Source: Terriglobia bacterium
Lineage (GTDB): Bacteria; Acidobacteriota; Terriglobia; JAIQFV01
DNA: 64,000 nucleotides
Direction of reading: 5' to 3'
Assembly: GCA_028716525.1 (NCBI GenBank)
Contig: JAQUPQ010000019.1
Location: 2,750-66,749, forward strand
In this document: in pieces, positions 17,720 through 24,448 of the stretch
Numbering within the stretch: the stretch's first letter is position 1
Layout: every line of letters begins with the position of its first letter
Notes under the pieces: generated by a model
The model's database searches: none
The model's input: the letters and a program-made list of their open reading frames with translations, nothing else
Told to the model about the DNA's origin: nothing
Program-made: the position numbers and the translations under genes

Positions 17720-19813
17720 CTATTTCCTTTGAAAATCCTCGCTTCCCAATAAAAGCTCAAGAATTCGAGAGACCGTTTGTGCGTCTTCGACAGGCCCGGC
17801 TTTCGACCCGTTTGGCGTAGGGTAAGCCACGGTCTTGACCTGCGGCGTCCCGGTGTTTCCTTTGGGGGCCAGAGAAAGGCCGGGGGATGTCGCAACCTCT
17901 TCAATAGCGCGGAGATCGTTAGGCGAAGGCCGGGTGTGAATCGTCAAGGCGGCCAAATGGTTGGTGAGTTGATTCACATCCTGCTCTTCATCAGGTGGAT
18001 CCAGACGTTGTGCCTCGAATGTCGTTCCGGGAATCTGATGATTCACGAACGCGCCCAGAAAATTGATGCGGTTGAAGAACACCCCGGCGTTCATCCATAT
18101 GGATGAATCCTCGCCATATCCCGTGGGCGGCTGGCATACGTAGAGAGGCTCTCCCATGCGTTGCAACCAGAAATGAAGTGCCGGTGCGCCGTTGGTGTCG
18201 CCATCCACGGCCCGAAGAGTGGAAGCGACCAATTCCAGAGGGGACTTGGTTTTCGATCGAAAATTTTTGGCGGAATAAAACTCCGGCGAAGTCAGTAAGG
18301 CGCGAACCGTTTCGCGGATATCGCCGTCGGTTTTGAGAAATACCTGCGCGATGTGTTTCACAAGAAGCGGTGAGGGGTGGTCGGAAACAAATCGCGCGCA
18401 CAATTCTGTGGCGATGAATCTTGCCGTGGAGGGATGACGGGCCAACAACTCGATGACGTGCTCGCCGTCGCTGATGCCGCCACCCGCAGGAATCGTTTCA
18501 CCCAGAATGGTTTTTCCCCCGGTGTCGTGCATCCAAGGTCGAAACACAAAGGACGGCGACTGCCCGGCGCGATCAATGGTCCAGCCCGTGAAGGCGCGCG
18601 CCACCTCTTGAACGTCCTTTTGAGTGTAGCCTCCATTTACCCCCAAGGTGTGTAACTCCATCAACTCGCGGGCGTAGTTCTCATTAATGCCGGTCGTGCT
18701 TGTCGGCGGTTTGGCCGGCATGGCTGTGGCATTGGCCATGCGAGGTGGAAGAGCATTCATGGGCTGCGGTCGCGGAAGCTTGGAGTTGGGCGATTGCGAC
18801 AGCCAGTTGTCGAGGTAAAACAGCATCGCAGGACTTTGGGCCACCGCCAGAAGCAAATCACTGAATTTTCCCAGAGCATGCGGCCGGATCACATCGCGTT
18901 CATAACTGGTCAGTAAATTCAGATCGAAGCCTTTGTAGGCAAACACGTTGAAGTGGTTGAACCAAAAATCGGTCATCACCTCTAAAAGTTGCCGTTGACT
19001 GAGGGCGGCGCGCAGGAGCTTTTGTTGATCCAGTTCAACCAGGATTTGAGCGGGACGCCCAAACACCGGAGGCGCTTTCTTGTCTTTGGCGCGCTGCTCC
19101 GCCACATTGGGTTGCGGATAAAAAGTGAGCAACTCGGTGGGCGCCATGTGCAATGTCGGAAGAACAGACAAGCGCGTTTCCAATTGAGAATCGTCGATGC
19201 GCTCGGAATGCAGTTGCCAATCGATGAACTTATTTATCCCCATCTTGCGAACGAGGTTCAGGTCGCCGGGTCGCGGACCGAAGGTCGCTCGATTCAAAAG
19301 CTGCAAAATTTTGCCGTCTTCAGTCAGGGCCGGATGCTTCGGGGATCCGGTTTTCGAAATCGGTTGGATAAGCCGGTCGGCTTTCAACGCGCCTTCTGGA
19401 ACCGAACGGGGCAGGGGATTGATCAAAACGAAAGGCGGCGGGCCGAGGAACGCTTGAAGATTCTGAAACTGGTCTTTTTGGGCGGCTGTCAGACGGGGCG
19501 TGAACTCTTCGTGGATGGATTTCATCTCCGCGGCAATGTCTTCTTGCAGCTTCGGCGCATAGGGTTCCTGCTGCAGGCGATTGTGCAGCGACTGAAGACG
19601 CGCGGCATGATGCAGCAGGATTTCCCGGAGCGCATTGGTTTGTTCATCCGTTAGAGAAAGAGCCGATCGAGCTCGAGCAATGACGGGTTCTAGCGGACCT
19701 TGCGGCGAGGGTTTCGAATTGGTTTGCGCGAAAGAGGCGGAGCAAAGCGCACAAAAAAAGATAACTGCGGCCGACACCTGAAGGCGCCTGAATCGAGAAA
19801 CGGATCTCATCAC
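17720..19813 (-). CDS. DUF1800 domain-containing secreted protein with an N-terminal LTxxQ-like extension
   Basis: 697-aa ORF with a signal peptide (VSAAVIFFCALCSASFAQ). The DUF1800-type core includes LNRATFGPRPGDL, FWFNHFNVF and ENYARELMELHTLGVNGGYTQKDVQEVARAFTGWT. The start is GTG 19813 or ATG 19810, after GAGGAGG. Confidence 0.85.
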   Translation of the reverse strand: MMRSVSRFRRLQVSAAVIFFCALCSASFAQTNSKPSPQGPLEPVIARARSALSLTDEQTNALREILLHHAARLQSLHNRLQQEPYAPKLQEDIAAEMKSIHEEFTPRLTAAQKDQFQNLQAFLGPPPFVLINPLPRSVPEGALKADRLIQPISKTGSPKHPALTEDGKILQLLNRATFGPRPGDLNLVRKMGINKFIDWQLHSERIDDSQLETRLSVLPTLHMAPTELLTFYPQPNVAEQRAKDKKAPPVFGRPAQILVELDQQKLLRAALSQRQLLEVMTDFWFNHFNVFAYKGFDLNLLTSYERDVIRPHALGKFSDLLLAVAQSPAMLFYLDNWLSQSPNSKLPRPQPMNALPPRMANATAMPAKPPTSTTGINENYARELMELHTLGVNGGYTQKDVQEVARAFTGWTIDRAGQSPSFVFRPWMHDTGGKTILGETIPAGGGISDGEHVIELLARHPSTARFIATELCARFVSDHPSPLLVKHIAQVFLKTDGDIRETVRALLTSPEFYSAKNFRSKTKSPLELVASTLRAVDGDTNGAPALHFWLQRMGEPLYVCQPPTGYGEDSSIWMNAGVFFNRINFLGAFVNHQIPGTTFEAQRLDPPDEEQDVNQLTNHLAALTIHTRPSPNDLRAIEEVATSPGLSLAPKGNTGTPQVKTVAYPTPNGSKAGPVEDAQTVSRILELLLGSEDFQRK

Positions 19814-20161
19814 TCCTCCTCAATGGGAGTTGTTTCGGGTGATTTTAATCCTGCCCAATTCTAATTGCTATGGAATTTGAGGGAAGGAAGCCGTCTGGTC
19901 TATCCGGTCTATCCTGTCTGCGCTTGCGTCCCCCGGGTTCTTGGGGGATTCAGTCTTTTCGGTCTGTCCTGTCCGTCTCGAAGCTTGCCTGGTTTTCAAA
20001 TCGCGCAATCGCGCCATTCCAGAATTATCAAATCCCGCCGGGCGGGATCCCGGAGACGTTTCGGGAAGGAAACCAGCGCAAGGCTAAATCTGCCTCGCAG
20101 CATGAGATGAAAGAAGTTAAGCCCAAGGCTTGCGCATGGGAATTCGCGCCAAACAAGTCCA

Positions 20162-20265
20162 GTCCTCCAAAGGAGGACGTAAGACCTTTAGCCCGGCACG
20201 TGAGTGCCGGGAATGAATGCCGGAAACGGAAGAAGTCCCGCTCCGCGGGACGAGAGATGATCTTC
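20162..20265. repeat. REP-like module, single inverted copy
   Basis: GTCCTCCAAAGGAGGAC..TTAGCCCGGCACGTGAGTGCCGGG..AGTCCCGCTCCGCGGGAC is the reverse complement, with substitutions, of hairpins 3, 2 and 1 of the 145-bp module. Confidence 0.75.
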
Positions 20266-20267
20266 CT

Positions 20268-20720
20268 CTATTTCCAAACCGAGCTTTCTTCGAACGCAAT
20301 ACCGTATGTGGTCAAAAATTCTCGCATCTCCTCTTGAAACGTTTTGCGCCGATGGTGTTGTTCCTGGTTTAAAATATACCTCACCACCTTTGGCACATTG
20401 GATAAACTGACACTGAAGCCGGCGTAACCTTCCTGCCATGCAAACTTCGTCCTCAAACGCAAGGTTTCGTTCACCCAGCGCGATGAATTTGCCTTCAATT
20501 TCTGGATGGCCTCAGCGGGAGCCAATATGGGAGGCAATTGAATCAGCAAGTGAACATGGTCGGTCGTCCCGCCAATGGTGATTGGCTTTCCGTGCAATTC
20601 ACGGATGATACCACCCATGTAAGCGTGGAGGCGTGGTTTGATATCCGACACGATCATTGGGATTCGATTTTTGGTGCTGAAAATAGCGTGCGTCAAGAGA
20701 TTGGTGAAGGTGTGAGACAT
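20268..20720 (-). CDS. IS200/IS605-type Y1 (HUH) transposase, REP-associated tyrosine transposase (RAYT)-like
   Basis: 150-aa ORF. It has the HUH motif in TDHVHLLIQL, the catalytic Tyr region FAWQEGYAGFSVS, and a YILNQEQHHRRKTFQEE tail typical of this family. Confidence 0.88.
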   Translation of the reverse strand: MSHTFTNLLTHAIFSTKNRIPMIVSDIKPRLHAYMGGIIRELHGKPITIGGTTDHVHLLIQLPPILAPAEAIQKLKANSSRWVNETLRLRTKFAWQEGYAGFSVSLSNVPKVVRYILNQEQHHRRKTFQEEMREFLTTYGIAFEESSVWK

Positions 20721-20790
20721 GTGTGGCAGCGCTTTCCGGGGGAGGGTTGGAGGGGGATCTTAATGCTGTCCGATGTGCTGGACAATTGTC

Positions 20791-21153
20791 TTTCGTCCCG
20801 CCCTGCGGGACTGGAATATTTTTCTTGCCGATTTCCCGGCACTTACGTGCCGGGCTAAAGATCTTGCGTCCTCCTTACGGAGGACTTTTCCAATTTTAAT
20901 TCCTTCTTCCTGGATTTACATCCGGGCCACAGATCTTTCGTCCCGCCCTGCGGGACTGGAATATTTTTCTTGCCGATTTCCCGGCACTCACGTGCCGGGC
21001 TAAAGATCTTGCGTCCTCCTTACGGAGGACTTTTCCAATTTTAACTCCTTCTTCCTGGATTTACATCCGGGCCAAAGATCTTTTGTCCCGCCCTGCGGGA
21101 CTGGAATATTTTTCTTGCCGATTTCCCGGCACTCACGTGCCGGGCTAAAGATC
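20791..21153. repeat. tandem array, 2.5 copies of a 145-bp four-hairpin REP module
   Basis: Units start at 20791, 20936 and 21081, a period of 145 bp. Each unit holds GTCCCGCcctGCGGGAC, CCCGGCACtcacGTGCCGGG, CGTCCTCCttacGGAGGACG and CCTGGATttacATCCGGG. The copies differ by a few substitutions. Confidence 0.9.
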
Positions 21154-21235
21154 TATCGCCCCGATGAATCGGGGCTGGCCGGACGGGACCAAACAACCAC
21201 CATGCAAGAGAATAAAATTTCTCCACCGGCAGAAT

Positions 21236-21613
21236 TCATTCGCTTGTCGCACTTTCCGGCGACCTCTCAATCAACGGGCGCAACAATTCTCTCGCACCAC
21301 CGGCGTCTTCGGTTGCGACTTGGATCACGACCGGGCCTGTGACCACATTGAAACTGGTCCCAATGCGACCCATACCAAAAAGATCCTGCGCGCCTTCATT
21401 TTTTACGAAAAATTGAATGCCGGCGCCGTTCAAGAGCGATTCGACGAACGGCAAAAGCGCGGCATCGCCGGTGGTAAACACGGTGATCAATTCAGAAGAA
21501 GTATGGTTTGGTTCAGGCGGATCCGGCGGCAGTCGTTCAACGAGGGAAACCTGGCACTCGGCACATTCCGTGAATCCATCGCGATATTCGTCATGACATT
21601 GGGGACAAAACAT
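21236..21613 (-). CDS. DUF2007-like protein with N-terminal zinc ribbon
   Basis: 125-aa ORF with GGAGG 8 nt upstream. It has CPQC..CAEC followed by a DUF2007-like pattern (LITVFTTGDAALLPFVESLLNGAGIQFFVKNEG...VVIQVATEDAGGARELL). Confidence 0.75.
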   Translation of the reverse strand: MFCPQCHDEYRDGFTECAECQVSLVERLPPDPPEPNHTSSELITVFTTGDAALLPFVESLLNGAGIQFFVKNEGAQDLFGMGRIGTSFNVVTGPVVIQVATEDAGGARELLRPLIERSPESATSE

Positions 21614-21980
21614 CGAAATGACCTCCGCTCGGGTTTGAAAACAGGGACCAACAAGGTGTTATCACACGCGCAAAACCGTGTCAATCTGGACGGGTGTCGG
21701 GTGTCAGGAACCAGGTATCGGGTGGCGCAGTTTGTGTGGTGCGAACTTCAATTCGCGGGACGATAGACTGGGAATCACGATTTCGCGAAGGAACAGGTAG
21801 CTGAGAACCAAGTCCAAGGGAAGCGATGCGGAAATTTGGAGCGCCCCGACGGGTCGGGGCATTGAAACGGTCACCAAGCCCTTTGCCTCGGCCATCCCGT
21901 CTTTCCATTCTCTCTTTCAATGCGAGAATCCAAAGTGGCGTCGCTCCCGCTCTGTGGGATTGCCGCCGCGCTCCAAATGT

Positions 21981-22391
21981 TTACGTCGCCTCGTTCTTCT
22001 TGAGAAGAGCGTCGAGCCCATAAAGATCACCGAGGACCCACAGTTCGGCGATGGCACCACCTTTGAAACGAAAGAGCGCCGCACCCAGCCAATGGACATG
22101 TTTGTGGGTCGGTTGGAAGCCGCGGAAGACACCGGTGTGGACGCCGGAGAATCGCATCTGAGCGAAGGCGCGGTCTTGTTCGCCGACACAATCCAAAATT
22201 TCGCAACGGTAGTCGGAGAGAGAGGCGCGGATCGAGCGGGCATAACTCTTGAATGCCTCGCGACCCCGCGTCTCGGTCCCCAGAGATCCGCGAAACAGGA
22301 AATCTTCCGTCAGTAACTCGGAAGCGGCCTCCAGATCGCCCGCAGTCCAAATGCGTGCATAAAATGCTTCAACAAGTCTCGGGATAGTCAT
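21981..22391 (-). CDS. SnoaL-like / predicted ester cyclase family protein
   Basis: 136-aa ORF containing FYARIWTAGDLEAASELLTEDFLFRG...GREAFKSYARSIRASLSDY...FRFKGGAIAELWVLGDLYGLDALL. This resembles ester cyclase (NTF2-fold) proteins. Confidence 0.75.
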   Translation of the reverse strand: MTIPRLVEAFYARIWTAGDLEAASELLTEDFLFRGSLGTETRGREAFKSYARSIRASLSDYRCEILDCVGEQDRAFAQMRFSGVHTGVFRGFQPTHKHVHWLGAALFRFKGGAIAELWVLGDLYGLDALLKKNEAT

Positions 22392-22689
22392 AAGAACCCC
22401 AAGAGAAGCATGGAAAATTTGTGGGTGGAATCAAAGGATGCAGCCGAAGGTCAATAAAATCAGGCAATGACAATACAAAGAGACTGAGCATCCGAAAGAA
22501 GCCTCCTCCATCCGGGATGAGGATCTGGCTCCTCAACGTCCCAGTGCCCGCAGGATTCGTCGAACACGTTTATTATCTGAAAACTTCTTTTGGACCTCAA
22601 GGCCACGGCTGGATTTGGCAAGGGCTAGACTAATCCGGCGCAGTTCGCTGACTTGCTTCAGGCGGAGTGAAACGGATCGTGCAGCCATA

Positions 22690-23154
22690 TCAATCTTTAT
22701 CACGGATGCTCCTGAGGTATCGGATGTCGTCCTTGTCTTGACCGCTCCGGCGCAAAGATTTTAAGGCGATCAACCCCCGAGGCGAAACAACGCTGATGGC
22801 GCCGCCTTCCCATTTTACTTTGGAGCGGCTCTTCCATGCAGGTTGTATCCCGGGCGTGGTTATAAGAAGGTCAAGATTCAGAATTTCTCCAGAACTTGCG
22901 TCGGTCTTGCTGATGCGATGGATTTGAATTTTACCGCCTCGGAATCGCATGGGTCTGGCTTTTAAGGTGAATCCTAAACGTGCAATTGCTTTTACAACTT
23001 TGGGAAGAGACCCGCGCTCGATCATCAGGTCGATATCAAGCGTAGCCCTCGGCATTGCATAGATAGCCATAGCCAATCCCCCGCAAAGGGCGTATTCAAT
23101 CTCCTTTTCGTCAAATGTAGCGATCAAGCTTTTCAGCTCTTCGAGAAGATCCAT
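22690..23154 (-). CDS. small Pol-beta-fold nucleotidyltransferase family protein
   Basis: 154-aa ORF with the motif CGGLAMAIYAMPRATLDIDLMI (GG...DxD), typical of minimal nucleotidyltransferases. No recognisable partner gene is adjacent. Confidence 0.65.
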   Translation of the reverse strand: MDLLEELKSLIATFDEKEIEYALCGGLAMAIYAMPRATLDIDLMIERGSLPKVVKAIARLGFTLKARPMRFRGGKIQIHRISKTDASSGEILNLDLLITTPGIQPAWKSRSKVKWEGGAISVVSPRGLIALKSLRRSGQDKDDIRYLRSIRDKD

Positions 23155-23373
23155 GAGTAAATTGCCCGCGAGTCAATAGCAGTAAACAAGCCAAACGCCA
23201 AATACAGAAGCATGCGTATCGTAATCACGGGAATGGGGGATGTCAATCAGCGCCAAAGAGCCCATAACCAAGCTTGCTCCGGCGGATTTTTCAAAGAAGC
23301 GGCTGCGGTTGTGGTATCTTGTGCTGATACAATTGGAATCCTTTCTTACACGTCCGTTTTCGGGAGTCCTTTC

Positions 23374-24387
23374 ATGCAAATGCGGCAAATGGGTCGGACC
23401 GGCTTGATGGTGTCGGAAGTATGTCTGGGAACGATGACATTTGGCGGCCAGTGTGATTCCGATACGTCGTTTGCCATCATGGATAAGGCCCGGGAGTGGG
23501 GCGTGAACTTTATCGACACCGCGGACATGTATCCGCTTCCTCCCACTCTTCAGACCGGGGGACGCACCGAGGAAATCGTGGGCCAGTGGTTGAAAGGGAA
23601 GCGGCATGAATTTGTGTTGGCGACCAAATGCCGTTTCGCCATGGGCCCGGGCCCCAATGATGTGGGGCTCTCCCGCAGACATATATTCAATGCGATTGAC
23701 GCCAGTTTGAAACGCCTGCAGTGCGATTACATCGATCTCTATCAGGTCCATGCTCCTGATCCCTTGACGCCCATCGATGAGACCTTGCGGGCCTTGGACG
23801 ATTTGGTGCGGTGCGGCAAGGTTCGATATATCGGATGTTCCAATTTCGGAGCCTGGCAGCTGGCCAAGTCCCTGTGGGTGAGCGAGCGATTGAATCTGGC
23901 GCGTTTCGATTGTGTGCAGCCGCGCTATAACCTGCTCTACCGAGAAATCGAATCGGAGTTGCTGCCGCTGTGCCGCGATGAAGGCCTCGGGGTCATCGCT
24001 TACAATCCCTTGGCCGGCGGATTTTTGACGGGGAAATATCATCCCGGACAATCGCCCGTCGAGGGGACACGCTTCACCTTGGGAAAATCGGGCGAAGTGT
24101 ACCGTCAGCGCTATTGGCAAGAGAGCCATTTTGAAGTAACCGCCGCTCTGCAGAAATATTGCGAGAAACACGGCAAACCGATCATCCAAGTGGCCCTGGC
24201 CTGGGTTTTAAAACAGCCGGGAATAACCTCCGCCATCGTGGGAGCCACACGGGCCGAACAGCTCGATCAGTCGTTGGGGGCGCTGGAACTTTCGTTGGAG
24301 TCCGAGGATGATGCGGCCTGTGATGAGGTTTGGTACAACCTTCCGAGGGTGCGCCCCGGTGTGGGCGAAGTGCAAGTGGCCCGTTAA
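23374..24387 (+). CDS. aldo/keto reductase
   Basis: The track ORF is 23212-24387. I chose ATG 23374 because MQMRQMGRTGLMVSEVCLGTMTFGG is the canonical AKR N-terminus. Other AKR motifs are NFIDTADMY, DLYQVHAPD and ITSAIVGATRAEQL. Confidence 0.92.
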   Translation: MQMRQMGRTGLMVSEVCLGTMTFGGQCDSDTSFAIMDKAREWGVNFIDTADMYPLPPTLQTGGRTEEIVGQWLKGKRHEFVLATKCRFAMGPGPNDVGLSRRHIFNAIDASLKRLQCDYIDLYQVHAPDPLTPIDETLRALDDLVRCGKVRYIGCSNFGAWQLAKSLWVSERLNLARFDCVQPRYNLLYREIESELLPLCRDEGLGVIAYNPLAGGFLTGKYHPGQSPVEGTRFTLGKSGEVYRQRYWQESHFEVTAALQKYCEKHGKPIIQVALAWVLKQPGITSAIVGATRAEQLDQSLGALELSLESEDDAACDEVWYNLPRVRPGVGEVQVAR

Positions 24388-24448
24388 ATGGGCCCGACCA
24401 AGAAAGATTGGAGAACAAGTCCCAAGGTTTTTCTGCTGAGGAGGAGGC

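Larger units (their letters stand above)
20162..21153. mobile_element. REP-RAYT unit 1: Y1 transposase gene bracketed by REP-like hairpin repeats in inverted orientation
   Basis: The left copy (20162-20265) is the reverse complement of the module that is tandemly repeated on the right (20791-21153). The Y1 transposase gene lies between them. Confidence 0.7.

Noticed and set aside
20791-21153. Possible CRISPR array
   Set aside because: The whole 145-bp unit repeats, so there are no unique spacers. The period is far too long, and no cas genes are present in the window.
19865-21342. ORFs of 60-155 aa overlapping the REP arrays (for example 19870-20337, 20538-20858, 20773-21003)
   Set aside because: Their reading frames run through hairpin repeats and the antisense of the transposase gene. 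The repeated peptide SSRPAGLEYFSCRFPGT..VPG simply mirrors the 145-bp DNA repeat.
23173-24189. 338-aa minus-strand ORF
   Set aside because: It is fully antisense to the aldo/keto reductase gene, whose protein has clear family motifs. Its translation is Arg/His/Gly-rich with no recognisable motif, so I treat it as a shadow ORF of a GC-rich gene.
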